The notes under the pieces: generated by a model
Told to the model about the DNA's origin: nothing
Databases searched by the model: none
What the model saw: only the letters and a program-made list of their open reading frames with translations
Made by a program: the position numbers and the translations under genes
Origin: Planctomycetota bacterium
GTDB lineage: Bacteria; Planctomycetota; UBA8108; UBA1146
Length of the DNA stretch: 64,000 nucleotides
Direction of reading: 5' to 3'
Assembly: GCA_965661685.1 (NCBI GenBank)
Contig: CBFIET010000056.1
Coordinates: forward strand, 19,465 to 83,464
Part shown: positions 18,854 through 28,225 of the stretch, in pieces
Layout: each line of letters opens with the position of its first letter
Position numbering within the stretch: the stretch's first letter is position 1

Positions 18854-18916
18854 CATCTCTCATCTCTCATCTCCCATCTCTCATCTCTCATCTCCCATCT
18901 CTCATCTCCCATCTCT
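18854..18916 (+). repeat. Intergenic minisatellite, 7-bp unit CATCTC(T/C) x9
   Basis: Nine consecutive units, six CATCTCT and three CATCTCC, between convergent genes. Confidence 0.95.
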
Positions 18917-18959
18917 GAGATCAGGATGTGAATTCCACCATTGAGATCCTCAATCGAGA

Positions 18960-19298
18960 TCAGGGAGTGGGGGCGCCGCCGCTGGAGTCCTGCAACAGAT
19001 CTCGCAGGGGAACCTCGCCACGCAATCTCTGGCCGGTGATCTTGATCAGCGACTCCTTGCGGTAGAAGGGGTCCTTCTCGAGGGCATCTCGCTGCACCTG
19101 CACCTCGCTGATGCGCTCCTTCAGCAACTGCCCCTGGGCCTGCAGGGTGCCGAGGGAAGAGCGTAGATCGACGATCTCAGCCCTCCTCGACATATGCACA
19201 CGGGAAACGATGCATAGAGACACTCCCAGCAGCAGCACCAGGAACTGTGGCGTACTGAGCCGACAGAACTCGGTGACCGTTGAGGTGACACGGATCAC
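18960..19298 (-). CDS. FtsB/DivIC-like septum formation initiator family protein
   Basis: Single TM, then coiled coil ending LEKDPFY; directly downstream of eno as in eno-ftsB synteny; start uncertain. Confidence 0.55.
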   Translation of the reverse strand: MIRVTSTVTEFCRLSTPQFLVLLLGVSLCIVSRVHMSRRAEIVDLRSSLGTLQAQGQLLKERISEVQVQRDALEKDPFYRKESLIKITGQRLRGEVPLRDLLQDSSGGAPTP

Positions 19299-19439
19299 GG
19301 TTCTCCCCACGGGAGAAGAGGAGGTCAGAAGTTGCAGAGCCAGGTCGTCACTCCATTCCGAGAGGAGGAGATGAGCCACGCGGCGGGGTGTGGATCGGTA
19401 CCCGCGGCGAACGGGTGGCACGATTGAAACAATTTTGGC

Positions 19440-20708
19440 TCAGAACTGCAAGGGTCCGATGCGAGCGTTCTCACCCAACTCGGCGTGAATGCGCAGGAGA
19501 CGATTGTACTTGGCGTTTCGCTCCGATCTGCACGGAGCCCCGGTTTTGATCCAGCCGGCTCCGGTGGCCACGGCGAGGTCGGCGATGAAGTCGTCTTCCG
19601 TCTCCCCGGAGCGATGAGAGATGATGATCCTGAAGCCCGCTTCCGAGGCGACCCGAATCGCCTGGAGGGTCTCGGAGACGGTGCCGATCTGGTTCAACTT
19701 CACCAGCAGAGCATTGGCCGATGCTTCCTCGACGCCCCTGGAGATTCGCTCCGGATTGGTGGCGAAGAGGTCATCGCCGACGAGCCTGATGCCGGCAAGC
19801 CGAGCGGTCATCTTCTTCCAGCCGTCCCAGTCCTCTTCGTCGAGACCATCCTCGATGCTGGTGAAGGGATAGCGATTTCCCAGCTGCTCCCAGTGGTCGA
19901 TCATCTGATCGGAACTGAGAGGCTCCGGATGGGATCCGAGATGGTAACTGCCATCTCGGAACAGTTCACTGGCAGCGACATCGAGTGCAAAACTGAACTG
20001 CTGGTCGTGACCGACGGTGTATCCAGATTGCTCGACCGCCTCGACCAGCTCTTTCAAAACGAGATCATCACTGGCGAAGTTCGGTGCAAATCCACCTTCA
20101 TCTCCGACGGCGGTGACCAGGCCTTTCGACTTCAATCTTTTCTTGAGATGATGATAAACCTCGACCCCGGCCCTCAGAGCTGTGGGAAAGTCAGCGAAAC
20201 CGATCGGTGCCAGCATGAACTCCTGAACATCCACATCGTTGTCGGCATGAGCTCCACCATTGATCACGTTCATCAGAGGGATCGGCAGACGCATCGAGTC
20301 CGGTCCTCCGATGTATCGGTAGAGGGGTAGTCCGCACGATTGAGCAGCCGCGCGGCACACTGCCATCGAAACCGCCAGGATCGCATTGGCCCCCAGCCTC
20401 GACTTGTTGGGGGTGCCGTCCGCTTCGCAGAGACGACGATCGATCTCTTCCTGATCTCGTGCATCGCAACCCGCCATCAGATCGGCGATCTCACCGTTGA
20501 GGTTTGCGATGGCTCGATCGACCCCTTTACCCCCCCAGTCGGCGTCGCCATCCCTCATTTCGAGTGCTTCTGCCTCGCCGGTGGATGCCCCCGAGGGGAC
20601 CATCGCAGTGCCAGTACTGCCGTCCTCGAGCACGCATTGCCCCTCGATGGTGGGAAATCCACGGGAATCCAGCACCATTCGTCCCTGAATCTGTCGGATT
20701 GCTGTCAT
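19440..20708 (-). CDS. eno: Enolase
   Basis: [53 protein letters not shown]; GGAG SD before ATG 20708. Confidence 0.98.
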   Translation of the reverse strand: MTAIRQIQGRMVLDSRGFPTIEGQCVLEDGSTGTAMVPSGASTGEAEALEMRDGDADWGGKGVDRAIANLNGEIADLMAGCDARDQEEIDRRLCEADGTPNKSRLGANAILAVSMAVCRAAAQSCGLPLYRYIGGPDSMRLPIPLMNVINGGAHADNDVDVQEFMLAPIGFADFPTALRAGVEVYHHLKKRLKSKGLVTAVGDEGGFAPNFASDDLVLKELVEAVEQSGYTVGHDQQFSFALDVAASELFRDGSYHLGSHPEPLSSDQMIDHWEQLGNRYPFTSIEDGLDEEDWDGWKKMTARLAGIRLVGDDLFATNPERISRGVEEASANALLVKLNQIGTVSETLQAIRVASEAGFRIIISHRSGETEDDFIADLAVATGAGWIKTGAPCRSERNAKYNRLLRIHAELGENARIGPLQF

Positions 20709-20783
20709 CGGAACTCCTTCGGGAGACCTTACTTTCGGGGCACATTGCTCCCGGGAGACGTTGCCTCTTGCTGCCTGATCGAT

Positions 20784-20813
20784 CACGATGTGGCCATTCA
20801 CGATGTGGCCATG
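20784..20813 (+). repeat. 15-bp tandem duplication in the eno/psd divergent intergenic region
   Basis: CACGATGTGGCCATT CACGATGTGGCCATG. Confidence 0.8.
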
Positions 20814-20873
20814 TGCCGATTGTCCGGCGCAGCGGTAGCATCTGTCAACCGATCGAGAGGCTGACTGACCCAG

Positions 20874-21584
20874 ATGACGACTTCCACGACTCCGTCTGCA
20901 GATTCCGGATTGATGGGAAATCTCCTGACTCGACATGGAACTCCGGTGATCCTGTGGTCGACTGCTCTGGCAGTCGTCTGCGCCTTGGGGATCGGTTTCG
21001 GGATCGAGCAGCCGATCCTGCGGTGGGGACTGATGCACGTGCCCCTGCTGCTATGGTTCTTCGTCCTCTCCTTCTTCAGGAACCCCCAGCGGATCCCCCC
21101 CGCGGGCGAGATGCTGATCTCCCCTGCGGACGGCAAGGTGATCGCCGTGGAAGAGGTCTCCGATGAGGTCTACATCGATGGCCCTGCAGTCCGGATCCAG
21201 ATCTTCCTGTCGGTATTCAACGTTCATGTGAATCGGGTTCCGGCGGAGGGAGTCGTGGAGCATCTACGGCACATCGATGGGGAGTACAGGAATGCCATCG
21301 GTGCCAGTTCCAGGGAGGTCAACGAGCGCCAGGAGATCGGTATTCGGACTCCCCAAGGCGTCCCCCTGCTGATCCGACAGATTGCAGGCCTGATTGCACG
21401 GCGCATCGTCTGTCCCCTGCAGGTCGGAGAAGAGGTAGAGCGAGGATTTGACTTCGGGATGATTCGATTCGGTTCACAGACCGAGATCGTCATCCCTCCC
21501 CGAGATGGCGTTCCATTTCAGGTTTCCGTGGCGGTCGGGCAAAAGGTACAGGGTGGCAAGACGATCCTGGGAGACTGGAAGTAA
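20874..21584 (+). CDS. psd: Phosphatidylserine decarboxylase (short type)
   Basis: [26 protein letters not shown], self-cleavage motif GMIRFGS. Confidence 0.93.
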   Translation: MTTSTTPSADSGLMGNLLTRHGTPVILWSTALAVVCALGIGFGIEQPILRWGLMHVPLLLWFFVLSFFRNPQRIPPAGEMLISPADGKVIAVEEVSDEVYIDGPAVRIQIFLSVFNVHVNRVPAEGVVEHLRHIDGEYRNAIGASSREVNERQEIGIRTPQGVPLLIRQIAGLIARRIVCPLQVGEEVERGFDFGMIRFGSQTEIVIPPRDGVPFQVSVAVGQKVQGGKTILGDWK

Positions 21585-21588
21585 CGAT

Positions 21589-22440
21589 ATGCCGAGACAC
21601 ATCGCAGTGATTCCCAACATCATCACGCTCTGTAATGCGGTCTGTGGCTTCGTGGCCCTGACCCTCATCGCAGGCAGCCTGGAGGGGGGCGATACCCAGC
21701 TGCTGGACAGGCTGCATAAAGCGGCCTGGTTCATCCTGGCAGGGATGCTCTTCGATGTCTTCGATGGAAAGGTCGCCAGGGCCACCGGCGGCGGCACGAC
21801 TCTGGGGGCGCAACTCGATTCCCTCTCCGATCTGGTGACCTTCGGCCTGGCTCCTGCTGGTCTGACCCTGGCTCTCTATCATCATGGAGCGGAGGGAGAG
21901 CATCCCCTTCGCCATCTGATGTGGGTCTTCTGTCTCGCATACTTCCTCGGTGCATTGCTGCGGCTGGCCCGCTTCAACTCCGTAAGGGATGGCCACGAAT
22001 CGGAGGAACACCTCGCATTCGACGGTCTACCGACCCCGGGTGCGGCGGGAGTGGTCGCCAGCCTGGTGCTGATCTACTTCACACTCGGTGACTGGAACGT
22101 CTGGTACCTGGAGTACTTCTCGAAGACGCGACCGGAAGGGGTCGAGCAGGCCATCGGTATGATCCCGGAGTTTCTTCCGGTGTGTTGCTTCATCCTCGGA
22201 TATCTGATGGTTTCAAACCGCATCGTATATCCTCATGTCGCTTCGCAGATGTTCTCCGATGGGATGCACTTCGACCGATTTGCCAGTTTCGTCTTCGGCT
22301 GCACCCTGGTGGTGTTTTTCAAGGAACCGATGCTGTGCATCGTCTTCTTCACGTATGGGCTGTGGCCCGCCATCCGTCTGATTCTGAAGCCATTTCGCGG
22401 TTCACGAGATGAACCGAAATCGGGGATCGAACAGGAGTGA
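21589..22440 (+). CDS. pssA: CDP-diacylglycerol--serine O-phosphatidyltransferase
   Basis: PNIITL, DVFDGKVAR..GAQLDSLSDLVTFG, RLARFN, FDGLPTP; follows psd. Confidence 0.9.
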   Translation: MPRHIAVIPNIITLCNAVCGFVALTLIAGSLEGGDTQLLDRLHKAAWFILAGMLFDVFDGKVARATGGGTTLGAQLDSLSDLVTFGLAPAGLTLALYHHGAEGEHPLRHLMWVFCLAYFLGALLRLARFNSVRDGHESEEHLAFDGLPTPGAAGVVASLVLIYFTLGDWNVWYLEYFSKTRPEGVEQAIGMIPEFLPVCCFILGYLMVSNRIVYPHVASQMFSDGMHFDRFASFVFGCTLVVFFKEPMLCIVFFTYGLWPAIRLILKPFRGSRDEPKSGIEQE

Positions 22441-22928
22441 CGATGCAACCGGAGGTCAGACTGGCACTCGGTTCGAATCTGGGAGACCGACACGATCACC
22501 TCGCTCGTGCCCGGGAGTCGCTGATGATGCACTGCCTGCGAGATATGCATGTATCGCCGATCCTCGAGACGGTTGCGATCGGCCCGGTCCAGGGAGCCTA
22601 CTTGAATCAGGTGGTACGTGGCTGGTGCCGCTTCGATGATGCACGGACCCTGCTGGAACGCTGCCTCGCCATCGAGAAGGAACTGGGTAGGGTGCGAGGG
22701 GAAAGATGGGGACCGAGAACCATCGACATCGATCTTCTCACCTTCGGTGAAGAGGTGATCGAGGAAGAGGGCCTGATCGTTCCTCATCCACGGATCGGCG
22801 AGAGAGAGTTCGTACTTGCGCCGTGGGCGCAACTGGAACCGGGATACATGATTCCTCCCGGTACCGCCACCGTGCTGCAACAACTGGACCAGTTGCGCTC
22901 CCACAGCGGTCATGGGGGAGTCGTATGA
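22437..22928 (+). CDS. folK: 2-amino-4-hydroxy-6-hydroxymethyldihydropteridine diphosphokinase
   Basis: LALGSNLGDR, YLNQV, RWGPRTIDIDLL, PHPRIGEREFVLAP. Confidence 0.95.
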   Translation: MTMQPEVRLALGSNLGDRHDHLARARESLMMHCLRDMHVSPILETVAIGPVQGAYLNQVVRGWCRFDDARTLLERCLAIEKELGRVRGERWGPRTIDIDLLTFGEEVIEEEGLIVPHPRIGEREFVLAPWAQLEPGYMIPPGTATVLQQLDQLRSHSGHGGVV

Positions 22929-23800
22929 GAATCATCTCCAGTTCCAGTGCGGAGCAGAAGGGAATCGACTCCATCGAGGAGGTGCGCCGCTGGCGTCGTG
23001 CCCTCTCTCCCGATGAGACGGTGGGTCTGGTTCCGACGATGGGTGCTCTTCACGAGGGACACCGCAGTCTGATTCGCATCGCTCGCCGCCAGTGTCAGCA
23101 GGTGATCCTCACCATCTTCGTCAACCCGACTCAATTTGCCGAGGGTGAAGATCTCGATACCTACCCGAGAACCCTTCAGCAGGACCTGGATGTCGCGAGG
23201 GAGGAGGGGGTCGATCTGGTTTCGATCGGAGACGCGCAGGAACTGTACCCGGAGGGTTTTGCGACGCAGATCGAACTGCCATCGCTTGCGCAACGGCTGT
23301 GTGGAGCCTCTCGTCCGCAGTTTTTCGGGGGAGTCTGCCTCATCGTTCTCAAACTGTTTCACATCTTCACACCGCATCGCTCCTATTTCGGCGAAAAGGA
23401 CTACCAGCAGCTGACCATCATCCGTCGCATGGTAGCGGACCTGGATCTCGATCTTGAGGTGGTGCCCTGCCCACTGATCCGCGAAGCGGATGGTCTGGCT
23501 CTCTCCAGTCGAAATGTTCGACTCGACGATGCCGCTCGAAGGAAGGCACTTTCTCTGTCGGCCGCACTGTTCCGGGCGCGAGATGCCTGGACGGCAGGGG
23601 AGCTCTCGGTAGAGAGCTTGAAGGCTGAGGCGAGCAGGTGGATCGCTGACGATGTCGAGGTGGATTACCTGGAAGTGCTCGACCGATCGGACCTCTCGTC
23701 ACTGTCGACCGTCAGCGCGGCGAGAGGTGCCGTGATGTGCGTGGCAGCGACCGTCGATGGGGTGAGACTGATCGACAACATCCAGCTGGAGTCCCGTTGA
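22925..23800 (+). CDS. panC: Pantoate--beta-alanine ligase
   Basis: VPTMGALHEGH, IFVNPTQF, FGEKDYQQL, READGLALSSRN, RLIDN. Confidence 0.97.
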   Translation: MRIISSSSAEQKGIDSIEEVRRWRRALSPDETVGLVPTMGALHEGHRSLIRIARRQCQQVILTIFVNPTQFAEGEDLDTYPRTLQQDLDVAREEGVDLVSIGDAQELYPEGFATQIELPSLAQRLCGASRPQFFGGVCLIVLKLFHIFTPHRSYFGEKDYQQLTIIRRMVADLDLDLEVVPCPLIREADGLALSSRNVRLDDAARRKALSLSAALFRARDAWTAGELSVESLKAEASRWIADDVEVDYLEVLDRSDLSSLSTVSAARGAVMCVAATVDGVRLIDNIQLESR

Positions 23801-24750
23801 CACGATATCCCCTCATCCAGCGAAGTATCACGACCGACGGAGCGGTGGCCAGTGCACCTGCCAAGCTCAACCTGTGGCTAGAAGTTCTTCATCGTCGAGC
23901 CGATGCGTTCCATGAGATCGAGACGCTGATGGTTCCCGTCGGCCTCTTCGATCGCCTCGAGATCAGGGTTCGCGGCGATCGCGATCACCTGCAAGTGGTC
24001 GGAGGAGATGCTCCCAGCGACGGTGACAATCTGGTGATGAAAGCGCTCGCTCAGGCTCGTACCACACGGTCGATCCCACCCCTCGAGATCGTCCTGGGAA
24101 AGGTGATCCCATCGCGGGCCGGCCTGGGCGGAGGCAGCAGCGATGCCGCTGCCATGCTGGTGCTTCTCGATCAGTTGTTCAGTGCCCCAGGAGGGGGGGC
24201 AGAACTGGTCGATCACGCAGCGGTTCTCGGCTCCGATGTGCCCTTCTTTCTGGGCTCGGGAGCGGCACTGGCGAGGGGCCGGGGAGAACTTTTGAGCCCC
24301 GCACCGGAACCACTTCTGGGAGGAGATCGGGCCCATTTCAATCTGCTTCTCCCCGACATCGGTGTGGACACCGCCGTTGCATACGCATCTCTGAGTGACT
24401 ACTTGACTTCCGCCGATTCCCATCGCAATTTCCAGGGGTGCGATTTCATCGAGAAGTCTGCTTGGACCGGATCGATGTACAATCGGCTTCTCGATGGGGT
24501 TCGGCAGATCGAGCCCTCTCTCGATGAGATCGCCAATCTTCTGAACCGGGTATTCCCTGGTCGCTGGACGATGACAGGCAGTGGGTCTTGCTTCGTCGTG
24601 GCCGCACCCGATCAGGCGATGGCGAGACGGGATTCGGCTCTTCTGCGCGCAAATTTAGGTGATTCGGGGAAGGGTTCCTCAGGACCCTGTCCGCTGGAAA
24701 TCCTGGAAGTCCCTCTGTGGAGCGGCCCCGCAGTTGGAGCAGGTGAGTAG
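23797..24750 (+). CDS. ispE: 4-diphosphocytidyl-2-C-methyl-D-erythritol kinase
   Basis: APAKLNLWL, KVIPSRAGLGGGSSDAAA, LGSDVPFFL, MTGSGS; start uncertain. Confidence 0.93.
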   Translation: MTRYPLIQRSITTDGAVASAPAKLNLWLEVLHRRADAFHEIETLMVPVGLFDRLEIRVRGDRDHLQVVGGDAPSDGDNLVMKALAQARTTRSIPPLEIVLGKVIPSRAGLGGGSSDAAAMLVLLDQLFSAPGGGAELVDHAAVLGSDVPFFLGSGAALARGRGELLSPAPEPLLGGDRAHFNLLLPDIGVDTAVAYASLSDYLTSADSHRNFQGCDFIEKSAWTGSMYNRLLDGVRQIEPSLDEIANLLNRVFPGRWTMTGSGSCFVVAAPDQAMARRDSALLRANLGDSGKGSSGPCPLEILEVPLWSGPAVGAGE

Positions 24751-24872
24751 ATCAGTTCCTCGAGTGTTGCGCTCGAGGGCTGGGCAGGGCCGGCGGCGAG
24801 TTGGCCACAGCGGCAGGCAAGAGAAGAGTTCTTCTATCGAACAGAATGGTGCGACGGAAGTGGAGCGTTGAG

Positions 24873-25529
24873 ATGGACATCACTGAAGTTCGGATCAGTC
24901 CAGTTGGCGGCAGGGACGATAAGTTGCGTGCCTTCTGTAGCGTGACTTTTGACGACTGCTTTGTCGTGAGGGACATCCGTCTCATCGAGGGGAACAAGGG
25001 GCTCTTCATCGCAATGCCGAGCCGCAAGTTGACGATTCGCTGTCCCCGCTGCCATTTCAAGAACGCCGTTCGAAGCCAGTACTGCAATGAATGTGGAAAT
25101 TCGATCCCCCGTGCCCTTTCCGATGACGTCGAGCAGGGTAGGACCAAGCTCCATGCCGACATCGCCCATCCCATCCTCACTTCCTTCCGTGAAGAGATCC
25201 AGGATCGGGTACTCGATGCCTATGAAGAGCACCACGACGGGGAGAGTGAGCAGAGATCTGCGCGCAGGGAGGCGGTTCCCGTAGGAGCAGAGGAGGAAGA
25301 GGAATCTCCACCTCGCAATCAGTACAGGGCTCGTGGGCCGGCAGAAGAGCCACAAGAGGTTGCGTCGATTCCAGCTGAAGAACCTGAATCGCCGGGAACA
25401 GAATCTGCGGAAGCGGAATTCCTGGGAAAGAACCAGGTCGAAGCGGATGAGTGGGAAGAAGAAGATGAAGAAGAAGATTCGGTGGACATTCCGCCTCCGG
25501 ATGACAATTTCAGTTCGGGCCTTTTCTAG
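24873..25529 (+). CDS. spoVG: SpoVG family protein with Zn-ribbon insert and acidic tail
   Basis: MDITEVRI, LRAFCSVTFD, GLFIAMPSRK, DIAHPI; insert CPRC..CNEC. Confidence 0.88.
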   Translation: MDITEVRISPVGGRDDKLRAFCSVTFDDCFVVRDIRLIEGNKGLFIAMPSRKLTIRCPRCHFKNAVRSQYCNECGNSIPRALSDDVEQGRTKLHADIAHPILTSFREEIQDRVLDAYEEHHDGESEQRSARREAVPVGAEEEEESPPRNQYRARGPAEEPQEVASIPAEEPESPGTESAEAEFLGKNQVEADEWEEEDEEEDSVDIPPPDDNFSSGLF

Positions 25530-25599
25530 GGGTACTGAGAACTTCACGGACATACATCGAGCCTCCACGGCTCCGGGGATTTGGTCGGGGATTACAGAT

Positions 25600-28206
25600 A
25601 TGCGGGGTCGTTCAGTTCAGGGGCTAGCGTCAGCGAGCGAGATGGGTCTTGTCGAAGATCATCATCTTCTCCAGCCCGTTTGTGATTCCAACTCGACCTC
25701 AGCTCTGTTGCAGATTCTTGCTCCCCCGAGATTTGCCATCGTCACCACCTGCTCGCTACTGGTGAGTTTGTTCCTGCTGGTCCCGGTATCGGGGTTGGCA
25801 CAGGAGGTTGCTCCCGAAGCGGCTCTGATTGGTGAGGCGGACGACAACACGCTTTCACAGGATGTTGATCCTGAACAGGATCCTGAGGATCCGCCGGCGA
25901 AGCCACACCCCGATGAACAGTTGCGGCAAGACGTCAATCGCTACTTCAACTCCAGTGACTCCGCCGACTGGGTCAGGGCCTTGACCTTGCTCGGAGCAAG
26001 AATCGATACGGGCACTCCTCCGCAGTGGAGTGCTCCTCTGCTCCTCGATCTCCTCACCGAGAGGGCGGAGCAGTTTCCTCAGCGCACCCGCATCATCTTG
26101 CAGGATCGATTGATGCGACGCAGCGTGACAGGGATTCCGGTTCTACTGGTGCTACTGCGCCTCGATGGTAACTGGCCCTTTCTCGCCGAGGTGGAGGATA
26201 ACTTCCGCGCCTGGTCCGCGGACGACGAGATCCGAGCGCGCCTGCTCACCGATCTGTCCGCCGAGAAGGATCCACTGCTGATCTCCAGATTGCTTCCGAT
26301 CGTGGCGGAAAGAGATCCCCGAGGCACCATCGACGTGGCAGTGGGGCGCCTCTCCTCCGAGCAGGAGGTCGCATCCGATGCGCTGATGGCGGCGTTGTCC
26401 GGATTCCTGGAACAGGAACTGACCCGTCCGCAGTGGATCCGCTGGTGGGGTGAGAATCGAGACAAGCCGATCCTGACCGGGATCCTGGAGCGCAAGGAGA
26501 TCTCCTCCCTCACCCAGCAACTGCGGATCTGGGAGCGGGCCAATCGTCTACTCCGAGAAGTTCCACCGCTGCGTTTCCGCGCATGGCTCCTCGAATCTCT
26601 CGCCGATTCGGAACCGTTCACCCTGCGACGAGCGACCCTCGAGGAGAGCAGTCGATTCGCAAGGGAGATGCAGGCGGAAGGTGTCGAGTTGACGATGCAG
26701 GAGCAAGAAGATCTGCTGGCACCGCTGCGAATCCGCTGCGTCGATCTGGTCTCTGCCTACGATGATGACTCGGGAAGCGGGTCTCGTAGCGAGAGGCAGG
26801 AACTGGCCATCGGAGCGATGGGGGTACTCTCGCAGATGATCATCTTCCGTGAGGATGAATCGCTGGTGAATTTGTTGCAGCGAAGGATCAGCACCCTGGT
26901 GCCCGGCCTTTCCAATGGAGATCGACGGATCGCCCGTGAGTCCTTGAAGATGGCCACTGCACTTCGCGCTCCCGTCGCCAGTGCCATCGACGATGCCATC
27001 GACAGATTCATGCCGGTGCTGGGCTCGGAGGCGGACGTCCCGGAACTGAAGAGATTGATCGCCGCATCTCGAGCGGTGGGGAGCACCCTTCGAACGGTGG
27101 AACTGTTGAAGGCTCTCTCCTTGACGGTGCCGGAACTCCAGGAGGATATCCTGGAAGCGATGGTGTTTGGAGAAGTCCCCGCCGCCGGGGTTCCGGTGGT
27201 GCTGGAGTACTACGGCGATCTTCTCGACTCCTCATCCGATGCGAACATCCGAGCCCTTGCCATCAACGGGATCGGGCGTCTCGGTGTGGAAGAGGCGATT
27301 CCGCTGCTGATACCGCTGGTACTCCGGGGAGAAAGTGGAGCCGAGATGGAGCGTCGCTCCTCGTTGCAGATGATCCGCACCATCGGCGGCATCGGCTCCC
27401 TCGATGGCATGATCGAGATTCTCGGCAAGATGCCGACTTCGGATGGACTGTACCAGGCGTGCCTGACGGAGGCGCAGCAGGTCGCTTCTTCCGATGCGTC
27501 CCTCGGCTTCCTCTCGAAACTGATGCTCGACGAGGATCAGCAGCAACGCCCCTGGTTCGATCAATTGATCGCCATGGATGAAGTTGTGGGGATGCTCAAG
27601 GCAGAGTTCCAGCCGACCGATCTGAGGACCAGGATACCCGGACGATTTGAGCAGTGGATTCGATTGCAGCGGCTGCGCTTTCAGTCGCAAGTCGTGGTGC
27701 TGGAGAAGGACGGAGTTCTCGAACCTGGAGCTCGCAGGGAGCAGTTGCTGACCGAGGTGCAGAGGACGATTCTGCTCTTCGGCGACCAACCGTTGCCAGT
27801 CTCCATCGAGGGGGTCGGTCGACAGATCCGTGGGGTGGAGGCGGAGATCCAGGGGATCTCTGCGGTGGAACTCGCCCTGGAAAAGGATGCGGAAGAGGTG
27901 ATCCAGACCTTTACCGAGCACCTCGATCAGATCGCAAGGTACTCCGGAGGGGATGCGGATGATCAGCGTATCTTCTCGATAGATCCCTGGGACTGGCTTC
28001 TGGGCAACCTCGAGGGCAGAACCGCCCGGTCGGAGGATCTGGCCCTGATTCGTGCGATGAGAACACTAGCGGAGGGCCGGTTTACACGGGACGATGTAAG
28101 GGAACGCCTCGATCGACTCGAGGCGCGAGTAGATGTACCAGAGAAGGAACGATCCCCGGCACCACCCCCTTCCGATTCCCCGGAGGAGGCTGACGGCAGG
28201 GGCTAG
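25600..28206 (+). CDS. Large secreted alpha-helical (HEAT/ARM-like) hypothetical protein
   Basis: Long open frame, signal-peptide-like segment, HEAT-like IRALAINGIGRLGVEEAIPLL; start uncertain. Confidence 0.55.
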   Translation: MRGRSVQGLASASEMGLVEDHHLLQPVCDSNSTSALLQILAPPRFAIVTTCSLLVSLFLLVPVSGLAQEVAPEAALIGEADDNTLSQDVDPEQDPEDPPAKPHPDEQLRQDVNRYFNSSDSADWVRALTLLGARIDTGTPPQWSAPLLLDLLTERAEQFPQRTRIILQDRLMRRSVTGIPVLLVLLRLDGNWPFLAEVEDNFRAWSADDEIRARLLTDLSAEKDPLLISRLLPIVAERDPRGTIDVAVGRLSSEQEVASDALMAALSGFLEQELTRPQWIRWWGENRDKPILTGILERKEISSLTQQLRIWERANRLLREVPPLRFRAWLLESLADSEPFTLRRATLEESSRFAREMQAEGVELTMQEQEDLLAPLRIRCVDLVSAYDDDSGSGSRSERQELAIGAMGVLSQMIIFREDESLVNLLQRRISTLVPGLSNGDRRIARESLKMATALRAPVASAIDDAIDRFMPVLGSEADVPELKRLIAASRAVGSTLRTVELLKALSLTVPELQEDILEAMVFGEVPAAGVPVVLEYYGDLLDSSSDANIRALAINGIGRLGVEEAIPLLIPLVLRGESGAEMERRSSLQMIRTIGGIGSLDGMIEILGKMPTSDGLYQACLTEAQQVASSDASLGFLSKLMLDEDQQQRPWFDQLIAMDEVVGMLKAEFQPTDLRTRIPGRFEQWIRLQRLRFQSQVVVLEKDGVLEPGARREQLLTEVQRTILLFGDQPLPVSIEGVGRQIRGVEAEIQGISAVELALEKDAEEVIQTFTEHLDQIARYSGGDADDQRIFSIDPWDWLLGNLEGRTARSEDLALIRAMRTLAEGRFTRDDVRERLDRLEARVDVPEKERSPAPPPSDSPEEADGRG

Positions 28207-28225
28207 CCCTTGACCGGAGGCCGCC

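Noticed and set aside
14554-18916. CRISPR arrays at the 15-bp and 7-bp repeats
   Set aside because: The units are contiguous with no spacers and are too short; there are no cas genes
24751-24872. tRNA gene between ispE and spoVG
   Set aside because: No cloverleaf or T-loop GTTCRA consensus in proper context; no tRNA-Sec was seen anywhere in the window either
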